NCBI GenBank assembly: GCA_000934665.2
Contig: JYFJ02001285.1
Span: forward strand, 1-64,000
From: Catajapyx aquilonaris
Lineage: Eukaryota
DNA length: 64,000 bases
Direction: 5' to 3'
The translations under genes were made by a program, and so were the position numbers. The notes beneath the pieces were generated by a model that saw only the letters and a program-made list of their open reading frames with translations, did no database searches and was not told the DNA's origin. Shown piece after piece: positions 24,531 through 34,745 of the stretch (within the stretch, counting starts at the first letter, position 1; each line of letters starts with the position of its first letter).

Positions 24531-27500
24531 GTGCAAGGTTCATGCTGAGATAAATTGGAAGTTAACAGTCACTGATTATATCAGCAGGATGAGGAAAAAA
24601 GGACGGGGGAATTCTTCTTTTTTTTTTTTGGTCTTGCTTTTTGGGCACGGAAAAAAAGAATAAATTTATTTTTGTATCCCTGATTTTGTTGAACTGGCTC
24701 CGGTACCATGAAAATAAAATTGGCAACCGCATTATTGCGAGTAAATTGTGCCCCCGATATTTGGCGAATGATGACGGTTGGTAACGCTACTGTCAGCTCA
24801 AGCGGGGTGTAAGTTTCCTAGAGAATAATATTATTTGCAGGTAAATTTTCAATGCATTAAAAAATTACATAAGTTATTACATGTCGGCTCCACAGTGCAG
24901 TCCTTGCAATGATAAACTATTTAAAACCTTCAATTGCAGTTTCCAATAGGAGAATAATCTGTTACGTTATGATACTGATCACTTGTGAGAGTGGAAAATG
25001 ACAGCGTGATGGTATGTACCTTACAGTTGGCAGTTACCACTCTTGTGATCAGTAACATATAATGGCGTATTCTCCGCTCTTGTGGGCATGATTCAATATT
25101 GTGATCAGCTCAAGACGATGCCTCTGAAAATGTGACGAACGATTTAATTTTCTGAAGTCATTTTCAGTGGAATTTTTAACGACTGTTAGTAGAACATAAT
25201 TCGTTTGTTCTAATCGTGCTTGAGACAACAACTAGAGAACACATTTCTCAATCCTGGCTTTTATTTCAGATGATTAATATCATGTAGGTCGAGGGACGTT
25301 TTATGGCATCGTAGGGTTTGCAATGAAGGCATGTTTAACTACATATCTGTTTCTTGTTATGTATTCAACTACTCCATGTTGTCACCTGTTTCTCTCGTCG
25401 TACTGATCGCCTGACACTTAATTCGTAAGTGTTTTGGTTTCCATCACCTAATTTACGTCTTTTCCATCTTGTGAACTTCTGTGCCTTAGTTGCAGTATGT
25501 GCCAATATTTTCCCCTGCTTAACAAGTGAATAATGTATGAAGCGTAGGAGAAACTGTTTCGTAAAATCGTGTAAATGGGGGCTTTGACATTGTCAATTAA
25601 ACCTTTTTCTGTTAAGCTCGCTATTGTTAAACGTTAGGGAGAAGTGAGTGTTGCGATTGTTGCAAGGACTGTTTTTATTCCATTCTGCATATCCCATATG
25701 CACCAGAAAAAAAAATACATTTTTTTTTTTGGGGTAACCCAGCAAATTTTTAAATACCATGCGACGTACTCTAGTCTTAGTTATTCCCCCCTCCACCATG
25801 TCGAAACCCCCTGTGCTGGGTGTCTCATAATTAACCTACCATCCAGGCTTGTTTAGTGACCTCAGCACCGCCACATGTTCTCGGGTGGTCACGTGATTTT
25901 GTGCTACATGCAAATCACAAGGCTTGTGTTAATCACAGTCACTTAAGACATGTGCAGCGCTGAGTCAAATATGCAGAAATGATGTCGTACCTCGCACTGA
26001 CTAGAAACGGAGTGCAGATGAAGGTTAATTCTGAAACGCCGTGTGTACGTATATTTTTATGTGATTATTGTTGGTTAAATGTCATCCCACCAGCCCTTAA
26101 ATTAATTTTTTTCCCACTGATGAGGTAGCCGTTACGTAGTTATGTACATATTTATACAGTAAAAAGAGGGTACTGCAGCAGGTTGTGTGCTGATTCCGAA
26201 CCGAACAGTGTATTTAAGTGCAGTAAAAAAAAAAAGACAGATGATTGATGTTGTAAAACTTTTAAAAAGAAGCATAAGATCATCTTTGAGGAGTGTACAG
26301 CTGAAGTTTAAAAAAAAAAAAAGTCAATAAAAGTGTAAAAGCTGGACATATTTATTTCCTTACGTATTATTCCGCATTTACCTGTGAGCGATGAAACCAA
26401 TTGTTTGGGGCGAAAGTAACGATTTTCATCACAAACAATTAGTTTAATTGCTCCGCGTTTCACATTGTTCGTATGTAATCGAAGCCTTATTCCGCTGAAT
26501 GAAAGCAGCCATTTAGCGAGGGATTTGGGAGGGGGAAAAAAAACAACAGGTTGTTTGACTCACAGTTTTTATTTTCGTAGCAACAGTGGTGGAAAAATCA
26601 CACTTCATTTTATCGAAACGATGTTTCCAGCACATCTATTAAAGCCATCATTTAACATCACAGTGCACTTTTTTTTTTTTTGGTCACACGAAGAATGACA
26701 GTTATCACTAACAGTGTTGACTAGAATACTTTTCCGAGATTTTGTCACCCACAAAATAAAGAGCGATCACAGCAAAGCCTTGACATCAAACGTCAAAAAA
26801 CGTGTTTACGTGTACATAAATATATATGTTTATTATATGTCGACATCTTTTTCCCCTCATCTATAGCTGTTCGTTATTTGTGCGTCTGGCGTGTTTCTTT
26901 TTCCAAAAAAAAATCTTACAAGGCATTCTCATCAATGGTCCTCATTTTCTTCTTGCTAATTACCCTTGATATAATACTATTAAAGTTGCGGTGCTCATAT
27001 ATATTTTTTTTTTACAAAACGAGAGGGAGAAGCCACCTTTGTGAGTGTGCGCAATTTAAAAAAGGCCGACACTTGATCACTAAACAATAAGCCACAGCCT
27101 ACTCAAACATTGGTCGTGTAATGGAATGGGTGAGGAGTTGGGGGGGGGGGGGGTGAGCGATCCACGTTGTACATATTGCATGAGGAGAGTACAGCAACTG
27201 TTGCCTTCATTACTCAAGCGTACTATCACTGATAAGGCGAAAACACACATGCACTACACATGCCTTCATTTTTTCCATCAAATCAATGATGCTATACGTA
27301 TCAGAAGATCCTATCCAATTCAGGACAGTGCCGAGTTCAGTTTGGAGACAGCGCATTTGATACTCTGAAATTTATGAGAACTCTTTAAAGCATATTGAAT
27401 TATTATGTTGCAAAACATGCTGGGTGTATGCTAAAGAACTGCCCTGATCTGGAGAGTCAGCTGATATTACTTGTCATAAATTATAATAGTGCGACATGCC

Positions 27501-28197
27501 TTTGTAAAGAGGTGAGGATCCCACATGCTAGTAAGGACGGGGAGAGCCACAATGTCAACCTTTTTATAAATATCGTTCAATGGTTCAATGTCGGCTACTT
27601 TTGCCGTTGGCAGGTCAACCTTGAATGTTATAAAATAAGATGTGGAATGCGTCTGTCCGGTTAATGACAAAAAAAAAAGGACAGCTTCTCGCTTAATTAT
27701 CCTTCGGTGTCACTGGAGATGCAAGCGCAATGCAAGCTGTAACGTAATTGGCTTCATCACTTGGTCACAGCAATAATGTGGAATAGTTAATGGCTTCTGT
27801 GCTAGTAGCACGAACAAATAAATCATTAGCAGTAACGTAATAAGTCACATGATTGTAAAATAAATAAGTAAATCATTTTTATATACAGGTTCATATACTG
27901 GGTCACAATCAACTCCAATGTATCTAAATGTGTGTAAAAAATATAAATAAATAAAATAAAGCATTCAGGTTTGATCCGCTGTACATTACGAAGTAAAGAG
28001 TCCTCATTAGCATTGCCTGATCAGCTGTTTCGGTGTATCGTAGAGATATTCTGGCTCACCCTGTGTGGACAGGTCAGTGTGCATTTAGGGAGTAATGCGG
28101 GAGGGCAAACGAATCGACGCACAACACAAATGACACTAAAAACCAAAGCGGTTGGGGTAAGGGATCCAACAGAATTGGAGCTTACATCTCGTTAATT

Positions 28198-29689
28198 TCA
28201 TCCAGCCATTTGCATTTGTGTGAGCGTGAAAAAGGTATCGATCTGCTGCTGCACCGTCTTTGGATTAGAGCTGCAGTATACCAAACCTGTGGACCCAGTC
28301 TGCGTGGCAATGTTCATGGCCACCTTTTGGCATGACTGGATGCAGGCAGGTCCGTTGTACTCCAGGCCTATGACTGGACCTCTCTCCACCACCCCCGAAT
28401 ACGATTGGGTCAAGAAGACCCTCTCAGCATCCGAAGCGCACAGAAGCATCTCCCTGGTCGATACGAGGCTGCATTCTGAGTTTTCCGCTCTCATGGCTGA
28501 GATGTACGAGCGGGCCCGTTCATGCTGCTGTCCGTCGGAGAAGAACGCGACCAGTGCAGCCTCCTCGTAGATACGTTGGCGCTCACCGCCACTCATCGGG
28601 ACTACGCTACGTACATGGCTCATATCCACACGTATTCTGCAAGACACAGATTCGTTTAGCATTTCGCATGAAATGAAGGTGAAACTAGCCAAGTCACTTA
28701 CTTGGAAAATGCATCGGAGGCAGGCATCGGGAAGTAGGCAGAAACCTTGGCGCTCTCCGGTAGCAGAGTCCAATTCTTCTCTATTTCCACAGGTGTGAAG
28801 TCGTGAACCTCGCTCCAGTTGTTGTTAAATGGGCTGAGATCCGCGGCATGGAACTGGGATTCCAGCTCCGGATAGAAATAGTGGTAACAGCCCACGTAGA
28901 TACCCGTAGACGACTCGATGATAGGCTGTGTGGCGCAGCACAGGAACACCGTCAGCTTGCGGCAATCACGTGTGCGGAACTGGCCACAAGCCAATATGCA
29001 TACGCAGTCTGTGCAGTCTCGTATGAACACGCTGGTAGTACACATAAGGGCATTAGTTGATTAGTCACAAACTAATTAGCGAATAATATTAAGCATGCTG
29101 ATTCCCTAATGGTAGTCCATGTACTATATACGCCAAATTGTTTCATACCTCCGGGGTATGAAACAATTTGGCGTATACAGTACACTGTACACCGTATAGT
29201 CTAGGGGTAGTCCGTTAACACAAAATATGTAAGTGAATAACCCCTCGGTTTCATGCTTCTGAAGTGTTTCTATAATTACGACCGAATAACGAGGCCAACT
29301 TCATACCTCCCCTTGACCGGACCGAGAAAGATGTTGCAGTTGACGCAATCATCAATCGTAACCGTATTGATGTGGTCATACACAAATATGCTGGTGTTTT
29401 TACAATTCTGGATTATAAACTGCTGGCCGTTGACCGTCCCCGGAAGCCTTCCGACTTCCCCACCATCCGAGTCCTCAATCGTGTAGTCCTTTGGATCCAC
29501 CTTCTCCCTTTTCTCCCTGCCAAACAAAAATAAAGCCCAATTGGAACTCATTTTTAATATTTAAAAAAAGTAAACTTAAAAAAAGTCTCACCATGTATAC
29601 TCTTTCTTCATGCTGTCAGTACTCTTCTTCCTCCTGCTGCTTCCCCTCTCTCGTCTGGTGGGAGATGGCCTCGGATGGATACAGCCCAT
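28198..29689 (-). CDS. RP2: Protein XRP2 (retinitis pigmentosa 2 homologue, TBCC domain, Arl3 GAP)
   Basis: Exons (minus): 29689-29592 (MGCIHPR...KEYTW), 29516-29307 ([11 protein letters not shown]...[17 protein letters not shown]), 29031-28702 ([29 protein letters not shown]), 28636-28198. N-terminal MGC dual-acylation motif and the GQFRTRD arginine finger are retained. Confidence 0.95.
29120..29184. repeat. Near-perfect palindrome (30-bp arms, 5-nt loop) in RP2 intron 2
   Basis: TGTACTaTATACGCCAAATTGTTTCATACC-TCCGG-GGTATGAAACAATTTGGCGTATAcAGTACA, 1 mismatch. Confidence 0.92.
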
Positions 29690-30207
29690 CACTCAGCTCA
29701 ACCTTACAGACCCACCGGGGGCGCTTCAATTCATCTCGAGGCGGCCAACGGACCCGCAGAACCCGAATAGGAAAATCTCAAATCGCCGATCAAACGCCGC
29801 CATCTTTGGAACGGCGGCCATGTTGGAATTCGAACGGAAAAAACTCACGGGGCGCGTTCGGCACTCCCAATTGTTTACACACGGGTGCGTTCAGTCCGCA
29901 TACAAAATAGCAGCTTATAGCTATTCGTACATGCTGATATGTCCGTACCCGTCCGTACCGAGCAGTACACACACTAATTGCGCGCACACACACTGCACAA
30001 TGCAATGCACTGCTGATATGCAATCATATTCTGATATGAATTCGCTGTACCGTGTCAGTACGACGATCCGCAGCATTGCAGCTTAGCTATATATTATAGT
30101 TATATTCTAATAGCTACCTAGATGTCTTCCATTTTTGCACATTTTTGCACGTTTGATGCCACATTTCAGCAATTTTGATGTCTGAAAGCGTGGAATTTTG
30201 ATGGGGT

Positions 30208-31434
30208 ATGACAGCATCAGCTGATAGGGAAGAGATGCGTAAGTACTACCAGCTGGGCCTGGTTGTCCTGGCCGTTGTGAGCGTGACGGCCTTCGTGTTC
30301 TACAAGAATGAGTACGACAAGCTTCATAAGGTACTGGAGGTTCTGGACATTTTTGGGAATGCGCAGCAGGCTGCGGATGAAGAGCCGCATGGAACGGAGT
30401 ATGACTTCTTACAGGATGGACCCACATGGCAGCGGATCGACGACGCTTGGTATGATCTTGATATGATTTGTAACGATGTGCAGCTTACATTACTTATTAT
30501 TTGCAGGTATGGGTACGCAGCGTTTTATATCAAAGGACATGTGAAGGCCTTACTGATTGGACCGCCTGCGGATGAAACGCTGTTTGATTGCCACTTGCGG
30601 CACAGTGCTAAATGGCCGACCACACAGGAAAAAGCGATTGTGATTCCGGCGACGACCACAGTGCAACCGCAAGGGGTGTTACCAGCGCCGGATATGTCTC
30701 ATCGCAGCCTGTACTTCGCAACGTGCAGGGCCAGCCAATTGCCGATAGCAGTACATTTAGTGCCGCGAGGCGGGAGTGTGCTGAATTACGCTTCGTTACC
30801 GGTGTACAAATCGCCGGAGATGAACACGACAGGTCGTACTGGTGTGTGCGTACTGCCGCACTTACCGGTTCCGCCATCAAAAGTGGCTGAGATGATAGCG
30901 ATTTATAAGCTAGTCGGGGTTACCATGGTGCTGTTTTACAACAGTGATGTTCTGCAGAATACGAACAAGGCGATATTGGACTCGCGCGGGTATGGCTATG
31001 CGACGTACCTATACAGATGGAACTTTCCGTTTGCAGCAAATGACGAGATAGCAACCGAGGTGGTACAAAACGACTGTGTGCACAGACTGGCTGGGATTGC
31101 GGACACAGTCATAATCACCACCGCCAAAGATCTGGTTACACCGCGCCACCATCACTCATTGGCATTGCTGTTCTCGGATTACGGTGCTAACATCGGCAAA
31201 TTCCAGTTTCCAGAGCCGCACCTGTGCGGCCAATTTCCCACACAGGACAAAACGCATGTACTTGCCTTCCGTCCTGCTGTCCTACTATCGCAGGGAACAC
31301 CAAAAACCCAGTTGGTCTCGCAACGAGTGGCCTCCGTGCATTCATGCAAGCAATTGTTGCGTCGGCACAGCGATATCGCAACAAAATTCGCTGCGTCGCT
31401 CGACGCATCGCCTTACCTTAAAAAATGGACATGA
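30208..31434 (+). CDS. Type II membrane protein, glycosyltransferase family 92 / DUF23-like (divergent)
   Basis: 408-codon ORF (start 30208 or MRKYY at 30235) with N-terminal TM segment LGLVVLAVVSVTAFVFY; probable 57-nt intron 30450-30506; GT92-like blocks WYGYAAFY, GVCVLPH, AEMIAIYKLVGVTMVLFY, QNDCVHR. Confidence 0.7.
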   Translation: MTASADREEMRKYYQLGLVVLAVVSVTAFVFYKNEYDKLHKVLEVLDIFGNAQQAADEEPHGTEYDFLQDGPTWQRIDDAWYDLDMICNDVQLTLLIICRYGYAAFYIKGHVKALLIGPPADETLFDCHLRHSAKWPTTQEKAIVIPATTTVQPQGVLPAPDMSHRSLYFATCRASQLPIAVHLVPRGGSVLNYASLPVYKSPEMNTTGRTGVCVLPHLPVPPSKVAEMIAIYKLVGVTMVLFYNSDVLQNTNKAILDSRGYGYATYLYRWNFPFAANDEIATEVVQNDCVHRLAGIADTVIITTAKDLVTPRHHHSLALLFSDYGANIGKFQFPEPHLCGQFPTQDKTHVLAFRPAVLLSQGTPKTQLVSQRVASVHSCKQLLRRHSDIATKFAASLDASPYLKKWT

Positions 31435-31562
31435 AACACCCAGGTATATCCCATTTCTTTTTATTTGACTCGCCATGTTAGTGCCTAGGGAATGCGCCGT
31501 GCATGAATATCCACATTTGGGGAGGGAAAAAAACCGAACAGTGAGGCATATGCAAAAAGGTG

Positions 31563-34031
31563 CTACTTTAGTCGCTGCAACACGGCTGCGTTGAGAAGGT
31601 TGGCTTCCTTTAGCGTCTGCGTCTCGTCGGTCAGCTCCTTGTTGGGGAAAGTGGTCAGCAGCAAGAAAACAACGGATGCGTACTGAGGACGTGCTCTGGA
31701 TATCCGGTTAAGGAAAACTGCGATTGGGTTACCTCATTGTTCTTCCATTACTATTGTGATCATACGGTGCCAAATAAATTTTCCTACCGTCAGCTTACCT
31801 TCGCGTAATTCCACTCTGTCAAAAAAAGGATACGCTGCGACGTACCTCCTGAGGTCACCTACAGTGTGCCCGTGGTTGAATCGTCCCACCAGCCTGGTCC
31901 CGTCTGCGAGCCTGATCTGGATGCTGGTCTGCGGCTGGTCCTGGTCCAGCGCCAGGGCTGCCTGGGCCTCCTTCTCGGCTGCTTCCCTGGCCTCCTCGGT
32001 GACGGGGGGCGGCGGCACGGCTGCCCCTCCTGCCCCTCCCCCTTCCGTGGCTCCTCCGACCGTTGGTGGTGATGGGCTGCCAAGAGCAAGGATGGGTGAG
32101 AGGAGAAGTCTCCAAATAAATGCTGCCAGCTCCAGGACTGGTCTAAAGAGCAGGTCCAGCGGCCACCACCTTCCCAGCATCATCCCCTGGCCAGTGAATG
32201 GCTGCACCGACGCTCGCGACGATGACGTCTCTGCGTAGTCCTGATGACGGTGATCCTCCATGCTCAGGTGGACCTCCGTCCCCGGGCCGCGCCACCTACG
32301 CTGAAGCTCCATCGGAATCTCCCTGAAGAGATCAGGTTCAATGTAAAAAATAATCTTCGTTGACTCCGGATATAACAGCCTCATTTTCACCCAAGGTGTA
32401 AATCACTCGTCAAGTCTGACCAAGTCCAGCTTTTTATAAGTCCGTTGTACGCTCAACTGCTGAGTGATTTACCCCTTATTTTCACCTCGCCTAGCCTATA
32501 ACAGACAATTTTTTGGCCCACTGGGCGGAAAATTACGCTGGTTTTGATTAGTCAACTTCCTTTCCCAGGCACAGAAAATACTGGATTTTCGCATTTGTCA
32601 CTGATCTAAACTAAAGGCCAATTTCACAAAAAAAATGTCGCGCGGCAAACGGCACGACTTGCGGCAAATTTTTATTTATACTTATTGTTGCCAACAGTTG
32701 GCAACAATAAATATAAATAAAAATTTGCCGCAAGTCGCGCCGTTTGCCGCGCGACATCAACTGTACGTAACATATAAGGCAAAGTTTGTCGGTATGTCTC
32801 ATATGTTTGTAAGGCAAAATTTGTCATTATGTCTTATATGTTTGTACGGCAAAGTTTGTCAGTATGTCCCACTTCCCTCTACCACCCTATTCTGAATTTA
32901 GCAATGTGTTCAGTAATTCTTTAATTCCGTGGAAAGAAGGGGTATCCTGCTAGCTGTGATGTAAGTACGAGTGTGCTTTACCCTCTGCGGATGGAATCAA
33001 GGAAGTCCTTGTTGGCCGGATCTGAGTAGTCCCTCATGGGCTCGTTGTTGAGGCTGAAACCGTTGCGCCACAGCTTCAGTGTGACCTCCCGAGGCGACTC
33101 CTCCGCGTTCGAGGGGCCACCGACCACCTCGGTGTCCTCCGAACCCTGCCCCAGCCTGTATCCGACCCCGCTAAAGTGCGCATCCTTCTTCCTCGCCTTA
33201 CTGCGAGGATCAATCACCTCCGCATGCTCCTTAGCCGACTTGAACATCTCGGCCACTATATCGTGCTTCTTCTTCCCCGGCCCTATAACCTGCTGGCCGC
33301 TCCTTTCCGACCCGCCTGCATAGAAAGCCTGCCCTTCCTCCTCATCCGAATCACTGTCCTCTTTGGACATTGTGTGCAGGGTGGCAAACCGAGACTTTTC
33401 CTTCGGGGCTTTTTTAGCCGCAGAAGACGGAGGAGCCTGCGGAGGGTCTGGTGCCGCCGGCTCTGGAGCTGACGGGCTCATCTGGACATCAGGCTCACCT
33501 TGCTCGTAGAAATTAGCCAGAGCAACCTGCCACAGAAGTACTCATTACATACTAAATACTTACTGTACATATTACCTTAAAAATATGCTCTCTCTCTAGC
33601 TAGATAATTTATGAGTCACATAGAAAAGTCAACTATTCTGAATCGAAAAATTCTAACACTATTACAACAGTTCTGAATCGAACAGTTCGAACAGCTCGGA
33701 ATTGAACCGTTCTGAATCGAGCAATTCGAACAATTCTGAATCGAACTAATTAGAACAGTTCTGAATCGATTAATTCGAACAATTCTGAATCGAACAATTG
33801 GAACAGTTCTGAATCGAACTAATTCGAACAGTTCTGAATCGAACTAATTCGAACAGTTCTGAATCGAACGAATTAGAACAGTTCTAAATCGAACGAATTC
33901 GAACGTTCCATTTTTATAATTTTTCTTACCTCAAGCTGCCAGGCAGCAGATTCCAAGTAGAACTTGGCCCGATCTGCGTGAACTCCAGTCACGTCCGAGA
34001 ACTGGGATATCAGCTCATCATGGTCCGACAT
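31563..34031 (-). CDS. NSFL1C: NSFL1 cofactor p47 (UBA-SEP-UBX adaptor of p97/VCP)
   Basis: Exons (minus): 34031-33930, 33526-32982, 32322-32170, 32076-31834, 31695-31563. UBA ([11 protein letters not shown]...[18 protein letters not shown]), [22 protein letters not shown] ([11 protein letters not shown]...[14 protein letters not shown]), SHP boxes FSGVGYRLG and [12 protein letters not shown] ([11 protein letters not shown]...[30 protein letters not shown]). Confidence 0.96.
31696..31833 (-). other. U12-type (minor spliceosome) GT-AG intron in NSFL1C
   Basis: Minus strand 5' splice site GTATCCTTTT (from 31833), branch site TTCCTTAAC followed by CGGATATCCAG, no polypyrimidine tract; removal restores the UBX reading frame RRYVAAARPQY. 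Confidence 0.93.
32392..32478. mobile_element. 87-bp MITE with ~17-bp TIRs and 8-bp TSD (P/hAT-like) in NSFL1C intron 2
   Basis: CAAGGTGTAAATCACTC ... GAGTGATTTACCCCTTA flanked by TTTTCACC at 32384-32391 and 32479-32486. Confidence 0.75.
32635..32757. repeat. 123-bp palindrome (61-bp arms, 1-nt centre, 2 mismatches) in NSFL1C intron 2
   Basis: ATGTCGCGCGGCAAACGGCACGACTTGCGGCAAATTTTTATTTATACTTATTGTTGCCAAC-A-reverse complement; centre at 32696; mismatches 32654/32738 and 32681/32711. Confidence 0.95.
32775..32868. repeat. 35-bp tandem repeat x ~2.7
   Basis: TAAGGCAAAGTTTGTCGGTATGTCTCATATGTTTG-like units start at 32775, 32810, 32845. Confidence 0.85.
33633..33908. repeat. Minisatellite, ~25-bp unit x ~10, in NSFL1C intron 1
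   Basis: Repeated GAACAGTTCTGAATCGAACTAATTC with variants, ending about 20 nt from the exon-1 donor. Confidence 0.92.
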
Positions 34032-34745
34032 ATCTTCAACTTTTACACTAACAAAAACTAAATGTGGCAGTACAAAAAAAATGAACTCAAAATACAAAAA
34101 AATATTAATAATTTTCCACCAAAAAAGATGAGCCAAGTCACAAGAATTACTTGCGACTTGCTAAACGAACAGGGAACTAACCTCACTCCGCTGCGACGGG
34201 AACACGGAGGGCCGGATGCAACGGAGCTGATATATTACCAACAGCTATTTTCGAACATGTTCGAATGTTATAGCTTGTGACTATTTGACCTGATTTGACC
34301 TTTGCTGCCGTTACTAAATCGGGGTTTAAGGCATATAAAATCTGACGGAAATCTAGGTGAACCTAAGTTACTGGCACGGTTACGAAATTAACGGTAAAAT
34401 AGCTTGTTACTAGTTCAAATAAGCAGCGATAAGCAGCTATCAAACGAATACGGATGCAACCCACGCTGTTGTCAGAAATGACGTCGCGCAACATAATAAT
34501 TAAATATTTAATAATAACAACAACATATTCAGATATGTATATAAATATTAGGTTCTGGTGTAACAAACAGTAGAGTTTAAAATGGTGGAATAACATTTTT
34601 TGGAAGTGTTTGAATTTCATCTGGCTACTCGTAGGCGGCCATGTTGGTTTTTGCATCAATAATGTCAATTATTTTAGGAGTGATTTAACAGGTTTTAAAA
34701 TAATTATTTGACAATTGTTTTAATTGCTGTTGGAGTTGGTTCAGG

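Noticed and set aside
29491..30086. 139-aa and 158-aa plus-strand ORFs
   Set aside because: Antisense to RP2 exon 1 and spanning the bidirectional promoter; non-ATG or weak starts, no recognisable motifs.
20739..33908. Short tandem repeats as CRISPR arrays
   Set aside because: No unique spacers, no cas genes, eukaryotic intronic context.
33633..33908. Heat-shock element array
   Set aside because: GAA/TTC spacing is mostly 3, 1 or 0 nt rather than the 2 nt of nGAAnnTTCn.
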